Part shown: piece by piece, positions 1-12,100 of the stretch
Layout of the letters: every line of letters starts with the position of its first letter
How positions within the stretch are numbered: the stretch's first letter is position 1
Origin: Seison nebaliae
Taxonomy: Eukaryota
Reading direction: 5' to 3'
Length of the DNA stretch: 64,000 nucleotides
Assembly: GCA_023231475.1 (NCBI GenBank)
Contig: JALJEE010002128.1
Span: forward strand, 1 to 64,000
Translations under genes and position numbers: made by a program
The notes under the pieces: model-generated
What the model saw: the letters and a program-made list of their open reading frames with translations, nothing else
The model's database searches: none
What the model was told of the DNA's origin: nothing

Positions 1-120
1 CACATCTTTCATCAACATCAACGGAATTAGAAGCAAACTGCACGAAAACTATTTGCATTTTTAGCTTTTCCTCATTTCTTCCATTACTTCTCTCTTATAA
101 TGACGCATCATTCCACATTA

Positions 121-170
121 CCACACTCATACACACACACACGCACACACAAACACACACACCTCTCTCA
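121..170. repeat. Imperfect (CA)n microsatellite
   Basis: The run acacacacacacgcacacacaaacacacac is directly visible. Confidence 0.85.
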
Positions 171-1756
171 CTATCAATTCCACACTATCTTGTCCTTATT
201 CAAAATTTGGCCTCTCTTGATTGCTCGTTTTACACCACCAACTAATAAGAAAGGGGTCAGAATGTTTATATTTTAATATATATCATTATATCTTGCATTA
301 CTTATTACTTATTAAATTTTACCCAAACTAATATTGTCAGTTGTATATTTGATATCCATATTCGTAGATCAGAAATTGATCAGATTATACAATCATTCCA
401 TTTAACAATTGGAATATTGTGAGAAGTTAATTAAAAAATTGAAGCCAATTTTTAGCAATTGAGGTAAGAGAACAATTAAACATTTAGTTGTAGATGTAGC
501 AAATGTAGAACTCTTAATATATTATCGTTCAAATTCCACTTTCCTAATTATAAAAGATGAATAAAGGAATTTCTGATCCACCTTTACCACAAATCAGCAT
601 TATTTTTAATTATTTTTTTTTAAATTTCATTTCTAGTTTGTTACTCCCATTATTTTTATCTGCCGTTATTATGATCCTCCATTTGCCAACACCATTGAAG
701 AAGCTGAATTTTTAGTTTCAATGTTCTGGATCGTTAGTCGTAATGCCTTTTAATGTAGCAGAACCGGTGCATTTTCGGAAATATAAATTCCTATTCCTTC
801 TTTTAATTTATTAGAAGTTGTCCTAACTGGAATTTAAATAAATTAGAAAATTATTAATAAAATAAAAGAATAATTTCGAAATTGATTCCATATTTACTTA
901 CAGAATAAAATAAAGTGACAGAAAGTTAAAAAAATAGAATCGTTACTTAGATACTATATAAATCTAAATTTCGACAACTAAAAACATTTTAAAGTTTTTT
1001 AGTTCTTTTTCTTCTTCCTATATCCTTTAATTCATGTCTAATCGAAACAATTCCGAATAACATCTATTTTTCCTTTGATATTTTCGGAGAGTAAAAACTT
1101 CTGATGAGAAATCTTCTTCAATCGATGTAATTCGTAATAAAAATTAAAGTTCGGTTTCCTTCTTATATTTTCTCTAACAGACGAAAGATTTCTCATTCAG
1201 AAAACCTAAACATTTCGAAGTCTCATGTTCTCTAAACATTCTGCAGTTGGATGTATAACCGGTTGCTGTCATGGAAATATCTTATTGTTTTTTTGAAATT
1301 TTTTCATTGCAGTTTGTCTAGTTTTCTGACGTCACTTTATTTATTCTGATGTCAAATATATTTCGTTCAGAAATTACTGAACTACCCAAAATATAAATTT
1401 GATTGGAAATTCGGTGTCATTTCCTGATATTTCTGAACCTCTAATGGAAGAATATTAGAAAAATTTCTATGTTGATTTTTGTTTTCGAATAAAATACTTA
1501 ACCGGATTTGTTCGGGAATAATTAGAATGTTCTATTTCTTTTGATATTTGAAATTGTTCAGTGTCTTTCACTTTTCAAAAATTTTGTTTTCGTTTAGGTC
1601 TTCGAAATTCTAGTTATGGGAAATTTGTTGTCATATTAAAAAATTGAGTTTTGTTAGAAGTAACATTTTCTAAACTTTTAATCGAATTTTTATTCGTGAA
1701 GAATCAATCTTTAATAATTATTGTCATATCATAGTTGTCGCCAGAAGCTTTTTTCG

Positions 1757-2660
1757 ATGATTTTAACTTATTCATTTGTAATTTTATTTACAATACTCAA
1801 ACAATATATTGATGGTTTGGCAATCAAGAATATACTTGATGATTTAGTACCTCAAATAGATTTTGAGGGAGATGTTATTCAATATAATTTACGACGTTAT
1901 AATTCATCGTCCGAAAAATTGGAACTTGTTAATTTGATTTTACATGGAAAAGATGTTAAAACCAAAAAAGTAATTTGTCCCCAATCAAATGTAATTAATT
2001 CTTCGAGCAATATAGAATTGGCAAATGATTTCGAATGTATAAAAGTCAAGAGTATCATATTGGCAGTCTTGGTAAACGACTTACCGTTTAAAGAAGTCTG
2101 GCCAGCTAATCAGACTTATTGTTCAAATACACCATGGAATTATTCAATCTACAATTTTTGTCATCAAAATGCATATTCAAAGACTTACAAAACTGTTAAT
2201 TTTATTATATTTTTTTCATTTTATAGCCATATGAATATACTTTCAGGTGAAAATTAAGCTCTATTCATATCCAAACAGGCTAGAAAAATCTTTAGCCTTC
2301 AAAGCAGATGGTTTTGTTTATGAACGAAAATGGTTCAACCGAGGAAATTGTCGATTGAATTTCTCAGAACTTAGTTTGCAGTTTTCAAAGTTATCAGATA
2401 TTTCAGATTTTATTCATTTGACTCATTCACTAATGGTATATTATTAGCATTTTCGTTATTGAAGAATTAAATACACTTTTTCAGGACCCGTATAATATTT
2501 ATGTGAATCAGGAGAACGGAAAATATGTAATAAAATATTCTGAGGGGCAACATTTTTTTACGAGTTAGAATTGTGCTGTTTAAAATTGAATATATTTTAT
2601 GTTTCTTCAGAGAACGGGTTGAAAAACGCAGATTATTTGGTGATATATGGTATTGTGTAA
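1757..2660 (+). CDS. Uncharacterised, probably secreted protein (4 exons: 1757-2194, 2247-2389, 2448-2563, 2611-2660)
   Basis: N-terminus MILTYSFVILFTILKQYIDG looks like a signal peptide. Three GTT..AG introns of 47-58 nt join the ORF segments in frame to TAA at 2658-2660. I recognise no family. Confidence 0.55.
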
Positions 2661-3614
2661 AATTTACTCTTTGCCTTAAAATTATTATCACTGATTTATA
2701 TGTTAACCGATTCATTGAGCTGATGAGATAATTCTATTACTCTCCTTTTATAACGATTTCATTTATTTACGTGTTAAAACTTTTAAATTTTAATTGACTT
2801 CTAAGAAGTTCTTATGGTGAATAATATGGACGATTTAACATTAAATTACCGAAATTACGTACATATAACAGAACAATTCGGACGATGCTCGGATGTCATA
2901 AGCCCTTCAATAGAGCATTTATGTTCACGATGTGCAACTGAACTCTTCCAGATCCAACGTATACACAATGCCAGGGCTTCTCGTTGCCTCTCCAATTTTT
3001 CTGCCGTTATTACTCATTAAATTATCCGCTTTCACTCGAGGAGGTGTTGACGATGTCATCAAATTTCGACATTAGTTCCTACGTTCCCTAAGCATTCAAT
3101 GATCGAATTGTGACGGACAGGAACCTTATTTTAAATAACTCCTTTAAAGAATGATAATTTTTTCTTTTTAATTTACTCTGCGGAGATTTTACAGGAATAA
3201 AAAAAAAATAAAATAAATTAAACTTAAATAACAACTTTCTACATAATTGTATGTTCCAATTTCAAATTTTTAATAGAATTATGAAATGGTTAAATGGTTT
3301 TCTTTATAATAATTTTATTTATTTCATACTACTAACTGAAAACCTTGTACGTCATCGATTAACGTGGCCAATGTGTGAGATCTTTATAAATATCGAATAA
3401 ACTTTTGAGTTCACTTTCTAATTTAATTTTCACTTATGGTTTTGTGATAATTTATGATGAGAAGATAAATCGAGGAGCATTTTTAGGAGATAAGAATCTT
3501 CAGACATTAAACAGTAAAAATCTTAAATTGTTATCATTATTATAATTAAATAATTATGAGTTCAATAAAGTCACAAATAATAATATTATAAATTCAGTAT
3601 GAATGAGATAATCG

Positions 3615-3706
3615 ATTGATGCCCTGTAAGCATTTGAATGTCTTGAGAACGTTTATATACATCAAAAAACGTTCTCAAGACATTCAAATGCCAACAGGGT
3701 GATCAG
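3615..3706. repeat. Near-perfect hairpin / inverted repeat (pre-miRNA-like or MITE relic)
   Basis: gcatttgaatgtcttgagaacgttt (3630-3654) pairs perfectly with aaacgttctcaagacattcaaatgc (3667-3691) around a 12-nt loop. The stem extends imperfectly through ccctgt/acaggg. Confidence 0.85.
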
Positions 3707-4134
3707 TTGTTTGTAACAAGAGTGATCATAGCTGAAGAACATCTGATTTCCAGATTCTTAATTAATTAATTTATTTTTTTCATTTATTCGGAAACGAGTC
3801 CCTTATCCATCAATATTTCTTTAATATTTATAAATATTAAGGATATATCTGTATTAAGGATAAGTATACTCATCATCTTCCATATTCTGTCACCCTCATC
3901 AATATTTAACCACCAGTCGGCATTAAATAAAAGTAATTTCTGTTAACCCTAATCATATATACGGATAAAACAAATTTCACAATATTTTATTGAGATTATA
4001 TGAAATGTTATAAAATTGAAGGTTTTTCGATTTGTTAATTTGGCATGTCTATTTCCCCCCAGAAGGTTATCTTCCCCTCAGGAGAAGAAATAGTGTCGAT
4101 ATTTCACTCCATCATATCGATCGACATATGAGGA

Positions 4135-5068
4135 TACCGTCAACTGTGGAGCTAAGATAAATAATAAAGATTTCGAGTATGAACCAAGATTCTAACTTGA
4201 CGGTATCCCACCTTACTCCTTTCCTCTTATTTCTCCTCTCTAAAATTTTCTATTAGAAACTAAAATTAAATATCAATCTAAAATCAGAAAATAGGTAACT
4301 TTCCCCTACCCAGAATGAGACATCATTGGTGATGGAATCATTCCGTTGAAAACCTATTGAATTCCATCACCAATGTTCAAAATAAACTACTCAATATGAA
4401 ATTAAAAAAACAATTTTTAGTATTCTACTTAATTTGTTCGATTTTCCTTATAATTATACCAATAAGACACCAACGCGCAAAATTTACAATCAATTTCAAT
4501 TTCAATTTTCTGTTTTCTGCTTTTTCGAATTTTCAACCGAATCTATTTTCTATTCGATACTTTTTTGTTTTCTTTTTTATTCTTTTTTCTTATAATTTCA
4601 TCGACCACACTTTGACGATAGTTGCTACCGTTTTGTTTAATATTATTTCTTTGTTTTTTTGAAATATATTCAGTTTTTGGTTTTTTCATATTTTGTTGTA
4701 GCACTTCGTTTCCTATTTCTGAATTTATATTCCTGATATTCTTAGAAAATGAATTTATTTGTTGAGTCGGATCGACAATGAAAAAACGAATGGAAAGTTC
4801 CCCACGTCCTCAGGAAACTCATCCTATGATTTGACATTCCACTGACAAAATTATTCATGTCTCTCTGTTGAACGTCGTACCAATCTAATGATAATTGTCT
4901 GAAGCAAAGTTCCTAATATTTGTACATATACTTCAAATCCTTCCGAATGATCATGCAAATTACCTTAGAAAATTGTTATAGTTAACATATAAAAAATCAC
5001 TATTTTAAGCTGGTAATTTTTTGTTTCCTATTTTGCCCCCAATTCCCACATTGCCCCAGTTGACGGTA
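4135..5068. mobile_element. Decayed non-autonomous DNA transposon with pogo/Tc1-mariner-like TIRs
   Basis: The left end TA-ccgtcaactgtgg and right end ccccagttgacgg-TA are inverted copies flanked by TA. A third inverted copy (ttgacggtatcc) lies at 4197-4208. There is no transposase ORF. Confidence 0.45.
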
Positions 5069-5075
5069 TTATATA

Positions 5076-6250
5076 TTTATTTATTTAAAGAATGAAAGAA
5101 AGAAAGAAAAAAAGAAAAAAAATATAAAATAAATATGTAAATTCCCTTACAGGGCAATTGAAACGGCACTTTCGAAGAGAATCTTCAGAGCGCTAGATTG
5201 ATTTGTTTCTATCAGGGTCTTGTCAGAATTTAAGGTGGGTGCATCATAACCTCATAATCATAACCTGTGCATCACGTAATCGAGACACTGATGAGAACGA
5301 GAAGATGAACTCACGAAATTCAGTAGAAAGAGGTGAGTGGTTTATCGAATAATATACTATGGTGTGAGAAAAGATGGAATGATTCGATGTGATACAGCGT
5401 TGAATGAAAGATGAGATGTCGGGAAAGAGCCCCGATGATGAAAAGTTGTCTAGGACGCGGAAAATGCATCGACAACTCGTCCTGTATCTGTTGAGTACCA
5501 TTCGCTCCATGAGACGAAGTATGAAAGGATGCAGATCGGACGGTAAGAATTCAGTTCGTGTGCATCGTTAGATGGTTTCTTCAGCAATGGAATTGCTCTG
5601 AAGTGGAACCATTCCAAGGGGAACACTCCTGTGTCGAAAGCTTGATTGACGATTTCGAGGAGAAACGTCGACAGTCTCTCTTCACAACATTGCACGAGCT
5701 CCGAACAGATCCGATCTATGTCGTGGGCCTTGTTATTTTCTGAAGAGTTGATCGCATTAGAAATATGTCGAGTTGAAAAAAAATCGGGACTACTCGAGCA
5801 ATCGGGAATTTGGTATGATGTGTTCTTGTCCATCTCCATCTGCAAGCGGAAATGCGATGAAAATTGAGAGAGTAAAGGACGATCTTCGGAACCGATATTC
5901 GGTCTTGTAGGGCAAAGGAAAGTTCAGACAGTCGACGGGTTCGTGGACGTCAAAGAAGCGTGATCTGACAGGAACGCCGGTTGTGTACTGTGAAGGATGG
6001 AACAGTTAAAAATGGATGATTGAAGAGACGAGGAGGCGATGATATGATCGATCCAGGATGAGTCTACAGATGAAGAGAAAGTGTAAGAATTTTCTGGATT
6101 TATGATGATTTTATCTATTGATATACGTCGACCAGGAAGGCATCGCAAGATGATAGAAAAGAAGAAAGATACGCGTTCGTGGATGAATGAGATGACTTCT
6201 TCTAGTTGCGTCTATATTGAAGTCACCAGCGATAATGAAAGGAATCGAGT
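5076..6250 (-). mobile_element. Degenerate, internally deleted non-LTR retrotransposon (LINE) fragment
   Basis: Contains APE endonuclease C-terminal motifs (SSWIDHIIAS...SDH, 5924-6148) and the RT N-terminal motif FDTGVFPLEW...IPLLKK...SYRPICILS (5450-5845). Frames are broken, GC is higher than the flanks, and a (TAAA)n-like 3' tail lies near 5076-5088. Confidence 0.85.
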
Positions 6251-6493
6251 ATTCGCGTTATTAATTTATATTAAATAATTTTATAATTATTATATAATAT
6301 AATTTATAACCAAAGCGATGAAATTTTTCATTTATAATTTTTCCAATAAAGAACAACATATTATTAAATTATAAGTTATAAAATAATTAGACCAATAATT
6401 AACTGGTACCGAATTTACCAATAATTGACAAAAGGCTGGTGAAACTTTGTTTCGAGAAAGGTCACGAACAGTGACGATCAATGCAGTTCTGAG

Positions 6494-6685
6494 TTTTATA
6501 CAAAGGATGGTGAAAACGCCGAAAATACACAAACAGGGTGGTGAACTGTCCATTTTAAGAAAATGAAGCTCAGATTTGTATAAAAGAGTGGCGAAAACAC
6601 CAAAAATACATAAGTAGGGTGGCGTCCTACCGTAAAGTAGGGTCTGAATGAGAGTGGAAAAAAAAGGGTGGCGAAAACACCGGGA
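6494..6685. repeat. Degenerate direct repeats built on a GGGTGGCGAAAACACC motif; probable transposon subterminal repeats
   Basis: ggatggtgaaaacgccgaaaatacac, gagtggcgaaaacaccaaaaatacat and gggtggcgaaaacaccggg recur with about 80-bp spacing. Confidence 0.55.
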
Positions 6686-7027
6686 TTTAGTTTTATGCAA
6701 GTAGTAACGACGTTTGTCGAACAAAGATTTAACAACATGTTGTGGGTACAACACATTGCTAAACAATTTTTTGACAAACCTACAATTATACTTTTCTTTA
6801 AAAGTCATTATTCTTCAACAAAATATTCCATATTCTTCGAATGATCCCTCCATAGATAAAAGGAAATCTTTTCGTAAAAATAAATTTTCCTGCTCATAAC
6901 TCGAAAATTTAGCACTAAATTATATTTATTAACTCGAACATATTAACTACATATTAATTAATTTATTTCCAATAACTTTCTTCCATTGTGTAACATACAG
7001 GAAAAACTACCATAAATATTTCAAATT

Positions 7028-9132
7028 ATGTTGACGACTATTCTTGTAACGATTATTGTTGCATTAGTCGTGATTCATTTAACGTTTGTAAATTTGCAGT
7101 TTTTTTACCAAAACTATAAATAAACAACGTGATTTAGCTACTACTTTAGGCGACGTAATTCTTTAACATCTATTGGTCTTCCTTTTCCGGCGAATTCATC
7201 CTTCTTCTTCGGAAGTAGTTTAGAAATCAAAAGAGTTAGTAGATTGAACAAAAATTTTATCTGCACAAAATTTGGTTGAATTGAACAGTTGAATGTTTTT
7301 CGATTTCTTGAGAAATATACTAAACAATTTGGAGATGCTTGGAGGTTTTTAATGAATTTTCTTAAATATTATTTTACTAAATACAACAGTTATGCAAGTG
7401 GGCCAAATAATATAATCGTATTATCTGATCCAGATTCCGTTCAAGAAGCCTTTATCAAACGCTCAATGGAATTCAATGCGAGAGTCGTTAACATCATCAT
7501 TTCTCCTTTAATATTTTCCCTTACTTTTGTGTTTTATACTTTAAATTTACTCAATTTTTAATTAATATAACGAAACAATTATTTAATCGAAATAATAAGC
7601 AATATCCTTTATTGGATGAACCGGAAGAGCGAAATGTTTTCGATAGTCATGGAAAACGATGGAAAGATCTTAGGAAATTATTAGGACGTGCATTTACTGC
7701 AAAGAAAATGCGAGCATTGAACGATGGCATGACTAGTTCAATATTCAATTGTATCGATGTTCTCGAAGAGAAGTCAAAAGAGAATCACGATATTGATATA
7801 TATTTGTTCCGTTATTTCGTATTGAATATTTTAATCTCTTCAAAATAGATCATTTAAACGAATGACATTGGAAGTCATCGAATCATGTGGATTTGGATTA
7901 AAATCGAATTATCATTATTCTAATAATACTCAATATTTCAAAGTAAGACTTTTATTAAAATTTGAATTTATTCTTATGAATTGAAATTCTTAGGAATTGG
8001 AATTCGCCATGTCCATCAATTACATGATCGATGTATTGATTTGTTTCCATTTTTCTAAATATTCATCTTCATTCCATTCTCAATTAGATGTGTCATGTTT
8101 CACATTCTGGTTAATGGATCATATGCGATTTCTAATGAGATATTATATCAGGAATTTCTCCGCCATGAACGTTCTCATAGAAAAAGTTAAAAGAATTTAT
8201 CAAGAAAAAAAGAAACTGAACGTTAATTTTATTTTATTATATTCGACGATTTTAATTGATCGTTTCATTTACAAATTCTCATTTTCTCAGTTGGAAGAAG
8301 ATTCTCAAAAAAATTTATTAACAAGCATAATGTCATCGGCTGATGAAGATGATGATTTGATGACGGAAAATGGAATTGTTAACAATTTGTTTCTATTCAT
8401 ACTCGCCGGTTACGAAACAACATCAACGGCTCTTGCCTACGCAATACATGCATTAGTCTCCGATTTAGAAATACAAACAAAATTAAGAAATGAACTTTTC
8501 GAGTTCATCGAAAATGAATCAAATTCACAAATTGATAAAGTTCTCATGTTTTCTTGAAAAAAAATGTTCCAATTTTCCGATAGGATACGTTCAATTTTGA
8601 TAATATTAATCTTTTGCCATATCTGGATGCGGTAGTCAAAGAAGTATTCCGCTTTCGACCAATTGCTCCACTGTTTTCATTTTTATACTAACTCTAATAT
8701 ATATATAACTAATTTTTTTTTGTATATAGTTTAATAACCAGAAGAAATTTAGTCGACACCCAATTGGATGTGGGTAAAGGAAAAATCATTGATATTCCTG
8801 CCAATACCGTCATCATGGCGAATGTAATGAATTTACATTTTAATCCAAATCTTTGGGCTCCTGGCGATCCCTCACAATTTATTCCTGAAAGACATTTAGA
8901 TGATATTTCACGTCATCCTGCAGCCAATGCTGCTTTCGGTATTGGTCCTCGTTCTTGTCTCGGGAAGAGATTTGCACTTATGGAATTCAAAATTACTTTA
9001 GCTTATTTAGTGAGTCAATACGAATTTTGTGGTGGGAAGAATTTTGAAGAAAATATGGAAATTCGATATGGAATCGTGAATATTCCGAAGAATGGCATTT
9101 TCGTTAAATTGAAGAAATTATCGAAATATTAA
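7028..9132 (+). CDS. Cytochrome P450, clan 3-like (CYP3/CYP5-like), 11 exons
   Basis: Has an N-terminal anchor (MLTTILVTIIVALVVIHL), WxxxR (RWKDLR), I-helix AGYETT, ExxR (KEVFR), PER(H) and heme motif FGIGPRSCLG. Ten short GT-AG introns restore the frame. Confidence 0.93.
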
Positions 9133-12100
9133 ACATGAGAAATTATTAAAAAAAAACTTCAATTATTTTTTTCTCGAATATTTTTCACCCATTTAACAAT
9201 TTTTTAACAATTGTTCAGAACTTTCAAATTTATCTTTCGAACTAATAGTTATATAATACTCATCATTAGATTTTTTTAAGAATTTCAAATAAAATTTTCT
9301 TTCCTTCGATAATTAGTAGAGCGAATTATTGTGCGAATGATGTGGAATGTGAGGTTGGTGGAAGATGAAGAAATGATGTAAAATAATTTGATGAAACTGT
9401 TTTTCAAAGAGATTTACTTCAGTTAATATCTTAAACATACAACACATTAGACATCCTTCCTAATGGCATTCAGTAAAAGAACTAACAATACATGAACGAT
9501 CTTTTATTGTTGTCTAAATATTTTCGTTAATATTTATTTGTTTTCTTAAGAGTTCCTCTTCTTCACGTCCCACAAAACGAATGCGAACGAATGGCAATTG
9601 GGTGATGGTTTGAAAGAGCAAGACGTTTCGTCTTGAACAATATTCAATTAGATCGAAAAAAGTTCACACATTCGTCAAAGTAAATTTGTGTGCTAAGTGA
9701 TAAAGAATTATTTTGACCAAATTAGAATGGAAATTGATTGCATAGATATTAATGGTAATTTCAGCACATTACCATTATTCGGAGGTAGTTCGACAACAAC
9801 CGAAATGTTAATGAATTCCATTTCGACGAGGAATGAATTGAGAGGAAAATTAATTTAGCTAATTCATTCACTTTGACATTTTTTTTATGACGGAAATAAA
9901 TAAGCATAAATTCTATCAGTTTTGGTCATCGTGACGATCAGAAGGTTTTAATTAGAATTAATTGAAATTTCAAATTTGATAAATTGACTTATTAGAAATA
10001 AGTCCAAGTATAAATTGTCTATGACGATTTGTCTAGTTGTTGTGGATGAGATTAATGAAGTGGATGAGATAGTGGTGATAGTGTTGTTGATGGTTGGATG
10101 AAGAAATGACGGAATACATCTAGAGAGGAATAATAAATGTATTAATGTAACAATTATCCATTTCTCCACTATTTGTCAATTATTTGGGAATCAGTTGGTG
10201 TGAGACAAATTTTATGCTAATGGAACTTATTTGTGGAGAGGATCGAATCGATTTAATCGGTGAGAAGATATGTGTTTTTAAGAGACGAGGAAGAATTCGT
10301 GTTTTTCTTGAAGAGATTGGTCAGTAGTAGCGGTGACCGATAAGAAATATGTTGCTGATGAATATTTTCATTTTTCGTTAGTAGATGTCTAATGTTTCAA
10401 TTAATATGTAGATGAAGTTTCCTAATAATTATTTGTTCATTCTCTCACATTCACTCTCACCATCCACATCTCAACCACTAATAGGAGAATGGCAATTGCT
10501 TGTTTATTCCAATTTTCATTTGCATGAGAAGCAAACGAAACTTTATTACCTAAAGAACATCAGTCGATCGACATCATCGATTTTGTGAGGATCATACAGA
10601 ATACGATTTGTAGTGAGATGTGCTGGAATATTTTTACGTACGATGATGATGTTCTATCTTCAATAAGTTACTGTCGTAACGTGAATATTGTTAAAATGAA
10701 CAGATTAAAAGAAGAATGAGAGAAAGAATGAATGAATAAGAATTACCTAATATGACGAAATTCTCGATTTAAACAAATACAAACATCTGACAAGTTCACC
10801 GATTTCTGACAATTCCTATAATTCATTCTATTAAATGTATTCGACCTTCTCCTAACGATCTTCCGCCTTCCAATTCTGACTTTGTGTATTGGCAAAATTT
10901 TGATATTCTTTTCTTCTGCTTCCTATTTATTTATAATTGTTCTCCTACGACAATTGTTCCACGAACAATTCTCTCCTTTCTCTCTGAGAGAAGAAAAATA
11001 CGTTTTACTATAGAGATATCTAATCAAAGCGTATGTCGACCAGATTCTCTTCTGTGGTTCTATTGCGTGAGATGTCTATTCCACCTCCATTCTTCTTATC
11101 TAACTGTTAGTCGAAACGAATATTATTACTTTTCCTTCTAAACGATGATCGATATGTATTTACTGTTCATCTGTTCGTATTTCAGAATTAAGTTTTCGTT
11201 CTCACAACATATTGTTCCTTTGCCATTTCCTTCACATTGCCGACGGAACGACATCTCTTTCGAATTCGAATCCATCCGCCCTTTCTGAGAGGCAATCACT
11301 GATTCTAATAATGTCTTCTGATTGAAATAAATCTGAATGGCTGTTGGCGTCGTATAAATTGGGGGAAAGGTCAGATCAGAAACAATTCTAACCGTCGTTA
11401 CCATAGGGACGCGGTAAAATCCATGAGAGTATGTGAAGAATGAAGAATGACTATAAGGTGTTTGTTCAACGAATTTTCTGTTTATGCATGTCGTCTTCTT
11501 TGATGACCTTTCATTTTATTCATAATAGTCGACGGCCGATTGCTTTTCCTAATACTTTCTTTACGTTTCTTATTTATCTTCAAATCCTTTCGATTGCTTG
11601 GGGAGACGGAATGACGACTCAATTTTCATCAATATTCATCAATATATTTCTTACAATTCATCAACTCCTCCACTCAACCACACATTCACTCTCCAATTTT
11701 ATGTGGTTTGCATGAGAATGAAGGCAAGTCGCTCAAGCGCAAATGACAAAATATTCATGAGATAAAAAAGAAGAATCGATCAATTCGATTCATTATCATC
11801 TCGTACCACTTCACCTTAGCAGCATTCCTCGAAAAAAGAATTTATCGGAAAAAGAATCTTTTTTTTTTCGATCGATTCATCGATCCAATCTTCCAGTAAA
11901 CTTAAATAAATGTTGAAGGTGCCTTTACACAAAAAATCAATAAAGACTTTTCATTACAAAACATCGAATTCTCCTTGTAGGAAATATTTGTATTTGGTGG
12001 TGGACAATTAAGAAGTTGTGCACAGCTTTCCATTAAGTAACTCGTAGAATTACACGGAATTAGACAATCTCATAACTTCATCTCTACATGGGAAATGTGT

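Noticed and set aside
300..830. Possible small exons, e.g. 637-731 FVTPIIFICRYYDPPFANTIEEAEFLVSMFWI
   Set aside because: I could not join them into a stop-free gene model.
2814..3020. 68-aa ORF in a slightly GC-richer patch
   Set aside because: No motif, splice support or family resemblance on either strand.
6332..6808. 158-aa minus-strand ORF with an internal repeat
   Set aside because: It arises from the non-coding GGGTGGCGAAAACACC repeats and shows no protein-family signal.
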